A DNA stretch of 64,000 nt, from contig CAZNDZ010000001.1 in the NCBI GenBank assembly GCA_964572155.1, forward strand, positions 1,082,732-1,146,731. The letters run 5' to 3'. The number at the start of each line of letters is the position of its first letter. Positions within the stretch are counted from its first letter, which is position 1. A program made the position numbers and the translations under genes. This DNA is from an uncultured Planctomycetales bacterium. GTDB lineage: Bacteria; Omnitrophota; Gorgyraeia; Zapsychrales; Fredricksoniimonadaceae. Positions 37,039 to 46,987 of the stretch are shown here, in pieces. The notes under the pieces were generated by a model, which saw nothing but the letters and a program-made list of their open reading frames with translations, did no database searches and was not told the DNA's origin.

Positions 37039-38876
37039 AATTTTATAACCATTAAAGAATAGATCACGATAACGCCTATAACAAAAACCAAGGCATAGAG
37101 TTGAACCAAACCGGTTTGGAATGAACGGCACAATTTTCCGGTAATATCGGCAGCATCCGTTAACCCATGCACACCTAAACGTACAATAAAGATCTTTTCA
37201 AAGAGAGATAAGATGTTTGCAAATGTTTGTTGAATGTGTTCGACATACCATGTGTAGACGATGTCGAAATAGTATTTATTCTTTAAGACCTGATACAAGC
37301 CGCCAAGTTTTTTCTCAAGGGGGTCAACTGATGGTTTTTGAGCATAGATGACAAATGAGACAACCAAACCTAATAAACCAAAGAACGAAGAAATTAAAGC
37401 AACCTTCATATTTAAAACAGGATGTTCACCCTCGGGAAACAAGAAATGTGGGATGCCAATAAACCCACCAATAACCGATAGGATGGCCAAGAAGATTAAC
37501 GGGAAGGTCATGATTGCTGGTGATTCATGGGTGTGATCATGGTCAGAAGGTTTACCCCAGAAGGCAACCCAGAACAAACGCCCCATATAAAAGGATGTTA
37601 ACGCTGAGGCTAAGGTGGCTAAGACATACAGGCTAGTATTATGTTCATACGCCAATGCTAAGATTTCATCTTTACTCCAAAATCCACTTAAAGGCCAAAT
37701 ACCGCAAAGGGCTAAGGTGCCGATTAAAAATGTAAAGCCAGTGATCGGCATGGTTTTAAGAAGCCCGCGCATTTTCCAAATATTCTGTTCATGATGCATG
37801 GCGTAAATAACACTACCAGCGCCGAGGAATAACAGTGCTTTAAAGAAGGCATGGGTGGTTAAGTGATACATGCCAGGCATAGGTCCCGCTAAACCCAAAG
37901 CCATGACCATCAAACCTAATTGACTAAGTGTCGAGTAAGCCAAAATGCGTTTAATATCATTCTCAACAACAGCCAAAGTTGCGGCCATGAGTGCTGTTAT
38001 GCCACCGACATAGGCAATGACGGTTAAAGCAGCAGTTAATGGTTCGAAGATAAAAAATGTACGGGCTAAAAGATAAACACCAGCGGCCACCATCGTTGCT
38101 GCGTGAATTAAAGCGCTAACAGGGGTTGGGCCTTCCATCGCATCAGCCAGCCAAACATGTAATGGAACTTGGGCAGATTTACCGACAACACCGCAGAATA
38201 ATAATAAAGCGGCGATGGTTAACATGTGAGGGTCAATGTGAGATACAGCCGCGGCTAAATCCGTTAATTGAAAGCTACGTCCTTGACCAACATTGGACAA
38301 ACTCCATAAAAGTAAAATCCCGCATAAGAAACCAAAATCAGCGAGTCGATTGACCATGAAAGCTTTGACACCAGCGTCTGCAGCAGATGGCTTGTGATAC
38401 CAAAAACCAATGAGCAGATAAGAACTTAAACCAACCAATTCCCAGAAGATAAATAACTGGATTAGATTATTAGAGAGGACAATGCCTATCATAGAGAAGG
38501 CAAATAAACTTAAATATGCAAAGAAGCGCGGCATGCTTGGGTCATCTGCCATATAACCACGAGAATAAATGAAGATAGCACTACCAACCCCTGTGACAAC
38601 CAAAAGCATCATGATGGCCAAAGGATTTACTAAGAATCCAAAATTGATGGTCAGTTGATCAAATTGCATCCATGTGAGCGATTGTTGTAATTCAAGAGCA
38701 GGGTGTGATTGGAAAATACTTTTAGCTGTAAGTAACGTACAGACAAAAGAAATTAAAATACCAAGGATGGCTGTTATCGAGCTTAAGTTTTTTGATTTAA
38801 GGAAGAATAGCGTGATCAGCACACATGCAACCATGGGTGCAAAAAAAGCTATCCAGACTAAATTAGGATCTAGCAT
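37035..38876 (-). CDS. nuoL: NADH-quinone oxidoreductase subunit L
   Basis: 613 aa antiporter-like subunit with a long C-terminal extension. Confidence 0.9.
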   Translation of the reverse strand: MLDPNLVWIAFFAPMVACVLITLFFLKSKNLSSITAILGILISFVCTLLTAKSIFQSHPALELQQSLTWMQFDQLTINFGFLVNPLAIMMLLVVTGVGSAIFIYSRGYMADDPSMPRFFAYLSLFAFSMIGIVLSNNLIQLFIFWELVGLSSYLLIGFWYHKPSAADAGVKAFMVNRLADFGFLCGILLLWSLSNVGQGRSFQLTDLAAAVSHIDPHMLTIAALLLFCGVVGKSAQVPLHVWLADAMEGPTPVSALIHAATMVAAGVYLLARTFFIFEPLTAALTVIAYVGGITALMAATLAVVENDIKRILAYSTLSQLGLMVMALGLAGPMPGMYHLTTHAFFKALLFLGAGSVIYAMHHEQNIWKMRGLLKTMPITGFTFLIGTLALCGIWPLSGFWSKDEILALAYEHNTSLYVLATLASALTSFYMGRLFWVAFWGKPSDHDHTHESPAIMTFPLIFLAILSVIGGFIGIPHFLFPEGEHPVLNMKVALISSFFGLLGLVVSFVIYAQKPSVDPLEKKLGGLYQVLKNKYYFDIVYTWYVEHIQQTFANILSLFEKIFIVRLGVHGLTDAADITGKLCRSFQTGLVQLYALVFVIGVIVIYSLMVIKL

Positions 38877-39172
38877 TTCAATTCCTTTAATTCATCTGCT
38901 TGTATCGTCGATAAACGGCGATACATCAACACAATGATGGCTAAGCCAACAGCCACTTCAGCGGCTGCAACTAATATAATAAAGAACACAATCATTTGCC
39001 CGTCATAATCACCGTTAAATTTAGAGAAGCTGACAAAAGATAGATTTGAGGCAGCTAATAATAATTCAAGGGATAATAAAACTTTAAGCACGTTGCGGCT
39101 GGTGGTTACCCCAATTAATCCAATCGCAAAGATAATGCCGCTTAATATAAGGTAATGTGTCAGTGGGATCAT
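38870..39172 (-). CDS. nuoK: NADH-quinone oxidoreductase subunit K
   Basis: 100 aa, three TM helices, conserved Glu residues (LELLLAA, AAAEVAVGLAI). Confidence 0.9.
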   Translation of the reverse strand: MIPLTHYLILSGIIFAIGLIGVTTSRNVLKVLLSLELLLAASNLSFVSFSKFNGDYDGQMIVFFIILVAAAEVAVGLAIIVLMYRRLSTIQADELKELKC

Positions 39173-39687
39173 GTTGTTGATTCCTTGCCAGAACTCAAAA
39201 CTCCTTGTGCTAAAGAAACAATACCAAAGATGGCAATCAATAGCAGTAAGGATGTGAGTTCAAAGGGAAGTAAATAATCAGTAAATAAAATTTTGCCAAT
39301 TGTTTCAATTGAACCACGGATCGTTGAAGGTTCCATGGTGCCTGCGATTAAATAACTTTTAACAGCAAGGTAAATTGTAGAGGCCATAAGCAAACCAGCG
39401 CTCCAACCTAAAAGTTTAAAGCGGCTTTGTTCCATGCTCGTTAATGCAGGGGCATTGAGATTCAAACACATGACCATGAATAGGAAGAAGATTAAAACAG
39501 CGCCAGCATATACTAAAAGTAAGATAATACCGACGAAGTATGCTTCAAGCAGAATAAATAAGGAAGATAAGGCAAAGATGGAAACAACTAAGGATAAAAC
39601 GTTATACAAGGGGTTGCGGGCCAAGACCACAGCAATGCTTGCAAGGATTAAAATAGCGGCAAAAAAGTAGAAAAAATAGAGTGTCAT
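39169..39687 (-). CDS. nuoJ: NADH-quinone oxidoreductase subunit J
   Basis: 172 aa with the NuoJ-like TM pattern. First gene of the minus-strand block. Confidence 0.85.
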   Translation of the reverse strand: MTLYFFYFFAAILILASIAVVLARNPLYNVLSLVVSIFALSSLFILLEAYFVGIILLLVYAGAVLIFFLFMVMCLNLNAPALTSMEQSRFKLLGWSAGLLMASTIYLAVKSYLIAGTMEPSTIRGSIETIGKILFTDYLLPFELTSLLLLIAIFGIVSLAQGVLSSGKESTT

Positions 39688-39786
39688 AGGTTTTGATTAA
39701 TTGATTGAGTGTTTATTATGAAATAAAAAATTAGATTTGTGAACTAAATAATGAAATATATTTACATCTAATATATACTGTTGTCT

Positions 39787-40821
39787 ATGAATAATTCATT
39801 TGGTTTATCTCATGTCAAAAACATCATCGCGATTTCATCCTGCAAAGGTGGGGTTGGTAAGTCCACCATGGCGGCCAGTATCGCATGGGAATTGTCCAAG
39901 CGTAATTTCAAAGTAGGTTTATTGGATGCTGATATTTATGGCCCATCTTTGCCGGCATTATTTAATTTAAATAACGTAGAATTATTTACCGATGAATTTA
40001 AACTCATCATCCCCATTGAGCATGAAGGCCTTAAACTCATGTCCTTTGGTTTTATGTTGGGGGATGCGCCGGCGGTGATGCGTGGACCTATTGTCACCCG
40101 CTATATTCAACAATTATTACTTCAAGTTAATTGGGGTGATTTGGATTATTTGATCATTGATATGCCTCCAGGTACCGGGGATATTCAATTGACCATCACG
40201 CAAAGTGCGCGATTGACAGGTGCTGTTATTGTCACAACACCACAAACATTGTCCTTGGTTGACGTGTCGCGCGGAATCATCATGTTTGAAAAGGTTAGTG
40301 TGCCGATCCTAGGTATAATAGAGAACATGGCATACTTCATGTGCGATCAATGTGATAAAAAGCATTTTATTTTTGGTTCGGGAAAATTGAATGAACGTTT
40401 TGGTGTGCGCACCTTGGCGCAAATCCCCATACAAAAAGAAATGATCACGCATTTTAGACATTATCAACCCAATGATTATATCAAGACAACTGTCGATGGT
40501 ATTTTGTTGTCACTGCAAGATAAAAAATCGCCGAATCAAACGGTGCCCAAGATTAGTTTTGATGAAAAACAAATTCATCTGACGTGGCACAATGGGCAAG
40601 AATTTTTAATCAATAATCGCAAGTTGCGTCTAAGTTGCCAATGCGCCGTCTGTGTTGATGAGATCAATGGCAAACAATTGTTTGATCCAAATAAAATTCC
40701 TGCGGACATTGCCCCCAAAGAAATCACACCTTTAGGCAATTATGCCTTGGCCATCACATGGAGTGACGGACATTCTTCCGGCATTTATCCATATTCCATG
40801 TTGCAACCAGCGGCACATTAG
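39787..40821 (+). CDS. apbC: Mrp/NBP35-family Fe-S cluster carrier ATPase (ApbC-like) with a C-terminal DUF971-like domain
   Basis: Deviant Walker A (SCKGGVGKST). The CxxC motif (CDQC) and C-terminal CQCAVC segment fit Mrp-family Fe-S cluster carriers. Confidence 0.85.
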   Translation: MNNSFGLSHVKNIIAISSCKGGVGKSTMAASIAWELSKRNFKVGLLDADIYGPSLPALFNLNNVELFTDEFKLIIPIEHEGLKLMSFGFMLGDAPAVMRGPIVTRYIQQLLLQVNWGDLDYLIIDMPPGTGDIQLTITQSARLTGAVIVTTPQTLSLVDVSRGIIMFEKVSVPILGIIENMAYFMCDQCDKKHFIFGSGKLNERFGVRTLAQIPIQKEMITHFRHYQPNDYIKTTVDGILLSLQDKKSPNQTVPKISFDEKQIHLTWHNGQEFLINNRKLRLSCQCAVCVDEINGKQLFDPNKIPADIAPKEITPLGNYALAITWSDGHSSGIYPYSMLQPAAH

Positions 40822-40826
40822 AGCAA

Positions 40827-41819
40827 ATGTTTAGCAAAGTACAAAAAACCTCCCAAGTTAAAAACATATTAATCATCAATATGAGCAATATTGGCGACGT
40901 GCTTTTAAGTGCGCCAGCTATGGATATAATCTTGCGGGATTTTCCTTTGGCCAAGTGTTCTGTTGTAGTTGGTGAGCGCGCAGCGTCAGTGTTTGAAGGA
41001 AATGCGCGATTTGAGCATATTTATATTTTTGATAAGCATGCAAAGTTTTTTGAACAAGTGCAATTTATTTTACAATTACGTAAAGCGCATTTTGATTTGG
41101 TTGTGGATTTTCGTAATACCTTAATAGGGTATTTCTTATTTCCTAAATGGGCAACACCGCTGGCTGGGAAGGTGGACAAGGAGGTTCATTTAAAAGAACG
41201 GCATTTAAATCGCCTGCGCACGGTCTATGATTTTGATTTAGAACCTAATGTAAAAAATACCATTTTACCGTCGAAAAACGATGAAGCGTTGGTCGATGGT
41301 TTACTCGCATCTTTCTTAAAAAGAGATGAACCTTTTGTGGCCATTGCGCCAATCGCTGCGGATAAGACCAAGACATGGACGCCCCAAGGTTTTATGGATG
41401 TTTGTAATGCGATTGGCAAAACCTATGGTTATAAAATTGTTTTGTTAGGTTCACAAAAAGACAATGTCATATTAGAGAATATTAAGTCTAATGTAAATTC
41501 TCCGGTCTTAAACATCGCAGGAAAAACAAATTTATTACAAGCAGCGGCATTGATTCGGCGTGCAGCCATGGTCATTGTTCATGATAGTGGTCCGATGCAT
41601 ATTGCTAGCTACTTAGATAAACCAACTGTTGCATTGTTTGGACCAACAGAACCAAAGAGATCGCGTCCTTGGGGTCAGTATTATGCGGTGGTGCATGAAA
41701 ATCAACAATGTGCGCGCTGTTTAAATCAAAGCGCTGACAGTGCACATACATGTATGTCTGCGATAAAACCTGAACACGTTATGAAAGCTTTTGCTCAAGT
41801 AAAAGATCAAATGAAATGA
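40827..41819 (+). CDS. Glycosyltransferase family 9 (LPS heptosyltransferase-like)
   Basis: N-terminal ILIINMSNIGDVLLSAPA and C-terminal ...VHDSGPMHIASYL...LFGPT motifs typical of GT9. Confidence 0.75.
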   Translation: MFSKVQKTSQVKNILIINMSNIGDVLLSAPAMDIILRDFPLAKCSVVVGERAASVFEGNARFEHIYIFDKHAKFFEQVQFILQLRKAHFDLVVDFRNTLIGYFLFPKWATPLAGKVDKEVHLKERHLNRLRTVYDFDLEPNVKNTILPSKNDEALVDGLLASFLKRDEPFVAIAPIAADKTKTWTPQGFMDVCNAIGKTYGYKIVLLGSQKDNVILENIKSNVNSPVLNIAGKTNLLQAAALIRRAAMVIVHDSGPMHIASYLDKPTVALFGPTEPKRSRPWGQYYAVVHENQQCARCLNQSADSAHTCMSAIKPEHVMKAFAQVKDQMK

Positions 41820-42160
41820 TTGATATCCCTGATTTTGTTTATCCAAAAGATGCCGCGGGTCAGGCCTTGTGCCCAAAGTGTAAGAAACCGATTGCGGCCT
41901 GCGATTGTCCGTCGATGGAGCCACCAAAATTAAAAAAAGCGAAGATTGTCCCTAAGATACGTTTGGATAAAAGCGGACGTAAAGGGAAAGTGGTTACATT
42001 GATTGAAGATTTGCCGGTTAATGAATCTTATTTGAAAGATGTGGCAAAACAATTAAAGACCAAAACAGGTAGCGGTGGGACATTTTATGTTGCTGATGGG
42101 CGCGGTGTGATTGAAATACAAGGGGATCATCAACTAGTGATTCGAAAATTTTTTATTTAA
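41816..42160 (+). CDS. SUI1/YciH-family translation initiation factor
   Basis: Contains RKGKVVTLIEDL...GSGGT...IEIQGDH, the SUI1 domain signature. Confidence 0.8.
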   Translation: MIDIPDFVYPKDAAGQALCPKCKKPIAACDCPSMEPPKLKKAKIVPKIRLDKSGRKGKVVTLIEDLPVNESYLKDVAKQLKTKTGSGGTFYVADGRGVIEIQGDHQLVIRKFFI

Positions 42161-42201
42161 TTTATACATTTTGAGTGACAACGCGTGATAAGATCAATCT
42201 T

Positions 42202-43647
42202 ATGAAAAAATTCCAATTACCAAATCACAAGACAAAAATTGTTTGCACCATTGGCCCAGCATCTAATAATCCGGTTATTATTGAAAATTTAATTCGCAGT
42301 GGGATGAATGTTGCTCGTCTAAATTTCTCCCATGAATCTTACGATGCAGCCAAGCTTACTATTGCCATGATCCGTGAAGCGTCCCATAAGACAGGGCGTA
42401 TTGTCGATATCTTAATTGATTTGCCCGGCGCCAAGATTCGTATTGGTGTCTTAAAAGTGCCACTATTCCTTAAAAAAGGTCAACGTGTAACTTTGTCTGT
42501 TGAATCAGCCAAGAAAACAGATAAGAATGTTATTCCCGTCGAGTATAAGCAATTACCTAAGAGTGTTAAGAAGGGCAATACTATTTTTTTAAGCGATGGC
42601 TTTATCCAATTGCGTGTGCTTAAGGTGGATGCTACTAGGGTTGAATGTGTGGTCATGATGGGGGGCGAGTTAAGTTCTCATAAGGGTCTTAATTTGCCTG
42701 GGGCTAAGATGTATGTAAAGCCCGTGACAGCTAGAGATCTTGAGATTATTCGTTTTGGTTTGAGTCAAGGTGTGACCACTTTTGCTTTATCATTCATTGA
42801 AAAAGCTTCCGATATTCGTAATGTGCGCATCATGGCACGCAGGTTGGGTAAAAAGATTAACTTGGTTGCGAAAATTGAACGCCAAGAAGCCATTGATAAT
42901 TTTGATGAAATCTTAGAAGAAGCTGATGTGATCATGGTTGCACGTGGGGATATGGGTGTTGAAATTCCTGTTGAAGAAGTGCCTTTAGTACAAAAGTTGT
43001 TGATCAAAAAAGCTAACAATGCGGGTGTTCCTGTTATCACCGCCACGCAAATGTTGATGTCCATGACAAAGAACATTCGTCCAACCCGCGCGGAAGTTAA
43101 CGACGTTGCCAATGCTATTTTAGACGGCACCGATGCGGTCATGTTGTCAGAAGAAACAGCCATGGGGCATTTCCCTATAGAAGTTGTTCAAATGGTCAGC
43201 AAGATTGCGGTCATTACAGAAGGTAAGTATCAGAGCATGGGAGGTCCATTAGATCGTAAAGAGCGTCGGTTGATTGATGTGGAACAAGGATTGGAAGTTG
43301 AAGATGTGATCTCGCGCAGTGTGGTGCGTGCCATCTCAAAAATAAAAGCAAAATACATTTTAACCCCGACGCATAGCGGTAATACCGTTCGACATGTGTC
43401 GCGTTTTAAACCTGCATGTTGGATCTTAGCGTTTACGCCAAATCGAGTCACCAGTAAGTTTTTGATGTTCTCTTACGGTGTTTATCCTTTCCTTGTTGCC
43501 AGCGATAAAGAGATTGTGCCAAGAGAAATGGTGAAATATATCAAAGCGCGGGACATGATTAGATCCGGTGAAAAGGTTGTTGTCACACAACGTCAATTCT
43601 CCCATATCCCTGGTGAGACGGATGTTATGGGGATTATCACCGTTTAA
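42202..43647 (+). CDS. pyk: Pyruvate kinase
   Basis: KIVCTIGPAS, MVARGDMGVEIP and the typical domain order. The ATG at 42202 is preferred over the GTG at 42175. Confidence 0.9.
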   Translation: MKKFQLPNHKTKIVCTIGPASNNPVIIENLIRSGMNVARLNFSHESYDAAKLTIAMIREASHKTGRIVDILIDLPGAKIRIGVLKVPLFLKKGQRVTLSVESAKKTDKNVIPVEYKQLPKSVKKGNTIFLSDGFIQLRVLKVDATRVECVVMMGGELSSHKGLNLPGAKMYVKPVTARDLEIIRFGLSQGVTTFALSFIEKASDIRNVRIMARRLGKKINLVAKIERQEAIDNFDEILEEADVIMVARGDMGVEIPVEEVPLVQKLLIKKANNAGVPVITATQMLMSMTKNIRPTRAEVNDVANAILDGTDAVMLSEETAMGHFPIEVVQMVSKIAVITEGKYQSMGGPLDRKERRLIDVEQGLEVEDVISRSVVRAISKIKAKYILTPTHSGNTVRHVSRFKPACWILAFTPNRVTSKFLMFSYGVYPFLVASDKEIVPREMVKYIKARDMIRSGEKVVVTQRQFSHIPGETDVMGIITV

Positions 43648-43724
43648 GAATTCTGCTTGTAGCGCTAGGCCTGCCGTGTTAAACTAAATACGTCAAATAA
43701 CGAAGTATATTAAAAGGGGTTTGT

Positions 43725-44276
43725 ATGGAAATTAAGATGATGATTCAAAGCACGCCCAATCCAAATGCGTTGAAATTTGTCTTAAATGTGCCTGTAAAAA
43801 ATGAAGGCAAAGCAACGTATAAAAGCGCGGCGGATTGTGGGCATAACCCATTGGCTAAGGCGATATTTACCGTGTCTAATGTGGTCGAAGTTTATTTCTT
43901 TGATAACTATATCACGGTCACCCAAGACGGCAATGTCGACTGGGATGTGATTGAAGAACAAATTAAAAAAACCATCATGGATAATGCCGAAGGCCATGAT
44001 CCAAATTTTATTGTTGAAGAAGCCAAAAAGCCGGTGTCAGCACCGGAAACACCTGAAATCAATCAGATCAATGAGATCTTAGATCGCACCATTCGTCCTG
44101 CATTACAAATGGATGGCGGGGATTTGCATGTGGTTGGTTATGATGGTCAAGTGGTGATGGTAAGTTACCAAGGCGCCTGCGGTTCTTGTCCGTCGTCGAC
44201 CATGGGAACGCTTAAAGCCATTGAGAATATTTTGCGTGATGAGTTTCAACCTGAAGTTGTTGTGGAGGCGGTTTAA
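43725..44276 (+). CDS. Nfu/NifU-like Fe-S cluster assembly protein (Nfu_N domain plus NifU C-terminal CxxC domain)
   Basis: C-terminal motif GACGSCPSS. N-terminal Nfu_N-like fold region. Confidence 0.8.
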   Translation: MEIKMMIQSTPNPNALKFVLNVPVKNEGKATYKSAADCGHNPLAKAIFTVSNVVEVYFFDNYITVTQDGNVDWDVIEEQIKKTIMDNAEGHDPNFIVEEAKKPVSAPETPEINQINEILDRTIRPALQMDGGDLHVVGYDGQVVMVSYQGACGSCPSSTMGTLKAIENILRDEFQPEVVVEAV

Positions 44277-44744
44277 GTGTTTAAGATCAATCGAAAATTA
44301 GAGTATGCGTTGATTGCCTTACGCCACATGAGTTCCAAGGCACCAGGTCAATTAACATCAGCCAAAGAAATTTGTGATATCTATCATGCGCCATTTGATC
44401 CAACGTCGAGGGTTTTGCAAATCATGGCATCGCATGAGATTGTACGCGCTGAGCAAGGTGCGCATGGTGGTTATCAGATTTTAAAAGATTTAAATAAATT
44501 AACCTTACAAGATTTAACACAGATCATTGAAGGTCCTATACAGATTGTGAATTGTTTTCATGGTAATTATTCTCATTGCGATATTACATCTAGCTGCAAT
44601 GTGATTTCCCCCATGTTAAACCTCAATGAACGCATTGCGGGATTATTTAAAACGATTACGGTCGGGGAATTGATTCAGTCGCGTAATCAAGGTGAGAAAC
44701 AGATCCGTTCTAAATATTTAGCACATCACGAGCAGAAAAGTTAA
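44277..44744 (+). CDS. Rrf2-family transcriptional regulator with a Cys cluster (IscR/SufR-like), directly upstream of the suf operon
   Basis: N-terminal Rrf2 wHTH (KLEYALIALRHM). Cys triad CFHGNYSHCDITSSC. GTG start abuts the nfu stop. Confidence 0.7.
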   Translation: MFKINRKLEYALIALRHMSSKAPGQLTSAKEICDIYHAPFDPTSRVLQIMASHEIVRAEQGAHGGYQILKDLNKLTLQDLTQIIEGPIQIVNCFHGNYSHCDITSSCNVISPMLNLNERIAGLFKTITVGELIQSRNQGEKQIRSKYLAHHEQKS

Positions 44745-44766
44745 TTCAAGGAGTAAATAAGCGCAT

Positions 44767-46227
44767 ATGAGCGACGACGTAAAACAAAAAGAATTATTAG
44801 ATAATAAGTTATCAAGTGGGGACTACCGCTATGGATTTGTGACGGACATCGCCACGGAAGAATTTCCTAAAGGGGTTAATGAAGACATTGTCCGCATGAT
44901 TTCGGCAAAGAAAAAAGAACCACAATGGATGACGGAATGGCGGTTAAAGGCGTTTGCCAATTGGCAAAAAATGACTGAGCCAAAATGGCCAAATTTTGAA
45001 TATGGGCCCATTGATTATCAAGATCTTTATTACTATTCAGCGCCAAAGCAAAATAAAGAAAATCCAAAGAGTTTAGACGAGGTTGATCAAGAGTTGCTAA
45101 AGACCTTTGATCGCTTAGGGATTCCTTTGACGGAACAAAAAAGATTGTCGGGCGTTGCCGTTGACGCGGTGTTTGATAGTATTTCTGTTGGCACAACCCA
45201 TCAAAGCGAATTAGCTAAAGTTGGTGTTATTTTCTGTTCCATGTCAGAAGCCATTACACATCATCCGGAATTGGTAAAAAAATATTTAGGCTCCGTGGTG
45301 CCAGCATCGGATAACTATTTTGCGGCGCTTAATTCAGCTGTATTTTCGGATGGATCATTTTGTTATATCCCCAAAGGTGTGCGTTGTCCTTTAGAATTGT
45401 CGACTTATTTTCGCATCAATGCTGAGAATACAGGGCAATTTGAACGCACCTTGATTGTGGCGGAAGATGATAGTTATGTCAGTTATTTGGAAGGTTGTAC
45501 AGCGCCCATGCGCGACACCAATCAATTGCATGCGGCGGTCGTTGAGCTTGTTGCATTAAATAATGCGGAGATTAAATATTCCACGGTTCAGAATTGGTAT
45601 TCTGGCGACAAAGAAGGTAAGGGTGGGATTTATAATTTTGTGACTAAACGCGGTAAATGTTTGGGAACAAATTCCATTATTTCTTGGACGCAAGTTGAAG
45701 CAGGTTCTGCCATCACATGGAAATACCCCTCAGTTATTTTACAGGGAGATAATTCCGTCGGTAAATTTTATTCAGTGGCATTGACCAATAATCATATGAC
45801 GGCCGATACAGGTACCAAGATGATACACATTGGCAAAAACACCAAGAGCACCATTGTATCTAAGGGTATTTCATCGGATTATTCGCATAATAGCTATCGT
45901 GGGTTGGTTAAGATCATGCCAACGGCGACCAATGCGCGTAATTTTTCGCAATGTGATTCTATGTTGGTTGGTAATAATTGTTCTGCCAATACGTTTCCTT
46001 ATATTGAAGTAAAAAATAATACAGCGGTGTTAGAGCATGAAGCTTCCACATCGAAGATTAATGCTGAACAAATGTTTTATTTGCGTTCACGTGGGCTTGA
46101 TTTGGAAGAATCAATTTCTTTGATCATCAATGGGTTCTGTAAGGATGTGTTTAAAGAACTACCATTAGAATTCTCGGTTGAGGCAGTTAAATTATTAGAA
46201 ATGAAATTAGAGGGGAGCGTCGGGTAA
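44767..46227 (+). CDS. sufB: Fe-S cluster assembly protein SufB
   Basis: 486 aa with high conservation throughout ([30 protein letters not shown]...). Confidence 0.9.
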   Translation: MSDDVKQKELLDNKLSSGDYRYGFVTDIATEEFPKGVNEDIVRMISAKKKEPQWMTEWRLKAFANWQKMTEPKWPNFEYGPIDYQDLYYYSAPKQNKENPKSLDEVDQELLKTFDRLGIPLTEQKRLSGVAVDAVFDSISVGTTHQSELAKVGVIFCSMSEAITHHPELVKKYLGSVVPASDNYFAALNSAVFSDGSFCYIPKGVRCPLELSTYFRINAENTGQFERTLIVAEDDSYVSYLEGCTAPMRDTNQLHAAVVELVALNNAEIKYSTVQNWYSGDKEGKGGIYNFVTKRGKCLGTNSIISWTQVEAGSAITWKYPSVILQGDNSVGKFYSVALTNNHMTADTGTKMIHIGKNTKSTIVSKGISSDYSHNSYRGLVKIMPTATNARNFSQCDSMLVGNNCSANTFPYIEVKNNTAVLEHEASTSKINAEQMFYLRSRGLDLEESISLIINGFCKDVFKELPLEFSVEAVKLLEMKLEGSVG

Positions 46228-46979
46228 TGTTATCGATAAAGAATTTACATGCCGGTATTGAAGGCAAAGAAATCTTAAAAGGCATTAATTTAAACGTCAA
46301 CGCTGGCGAAGTGCATGCCATCATGGGGCCTAATGGTTCTGGTAAGAGCACGCTCTCTAAGGTCATTGCCGGCCATCCTCAATATCAGGTGACAAGTGGC
46401 AGCATTGAGTATGATGTTAATTTTAAGAAAATTGATTTGGTTGGCATGGAGCCAGATGAGCGCGCCAAAGAAGGCGTATTCTTAGCGTTCCAATATCCCG
46501 TAGAAATCCCAGGCGTACCAACGTCGGTGTTCTTGCGTGCAGCTTTCAATGCCATTTGCCGTCATCAAGGTGCGGAAGAAATGGATCCTATCGATTTCGA
46601 TAAATATTTACGTACGAAGATGAAAATCTTACACATGAATGAAAGTGCCATCGATCGTCCAGTTAATGTAGACTTTTCTGGTGGTGAGAAAAAGCGCAAT
46701 GAAATTCTTCAAATGGCTGTTTTAAATCCTAGGATTGCTGTATTGGATGAAACCGATTCAGGTTTAGACATTGATTCCATGAAGATCGTTGCTGATGGGG
46801 TTAATAAATTACGTAATAAAAATAATGCTGTTATTTTGATCACCCACTACCAACGTTTGCTCAACTACATACAACCTGATTTTGTACACATTTTATATAA
46901 TGGCAAAATCATCAAGACCGAAGGTAAGGAATTAGCCTTGCAAGTCGAAGATAAGGGTTACGATTGGTTAATCAAGTAA
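46227..46979 (+). CDS. sufC: Fe-S cluster assembly ATPase SufC
   Basis: Walker A (GPNGSGKST), signature (FSGGEKKR), Walker B (AVLDETDSGLD). Confidence 0.9.
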   Translation: MLSIKNLHAGIEGKEILKGINLNVNAGEVHAIMGPNGSGKSTLSKVIAGHPQYQVTSGSIEYDVNFKKIDLVGMEPDERAKEGVFLAFQYPVEIPGVPTSVFLRAAFNAICRHQGAEEMDPIDFDKYLRTKMKILHMNESAIDRPVNVDFSGGEKKRNEILQMAVLNPRIAVLDETDSGLDIDSMKIVADGVNKLRNKNNAVILITHYQRLLNYIQPDFVHILYNGKIIKTEGKELALQVEDKGYDWLIK

Positions 46980-46987
46980 GGACTCGT

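Noticed and set aside
37039-37131. 93-nt N-terminal extension of the nuoM ORF
   Set aside because: The extension overlaps the nuoL 3' end. The ATG at 37038 gives a canonical NuoM N-terminus and overlaps the nuoL stop as ATGA.
35283-39670. Plus-strand ORFs scattered through the nuoN-nuoJ region (35283-35597, 36235-36686, 37348-37536, 38126-38937, 39434-39670)
   Set aside because: They lie antisense to long, conserved minus-strand complex I genes.
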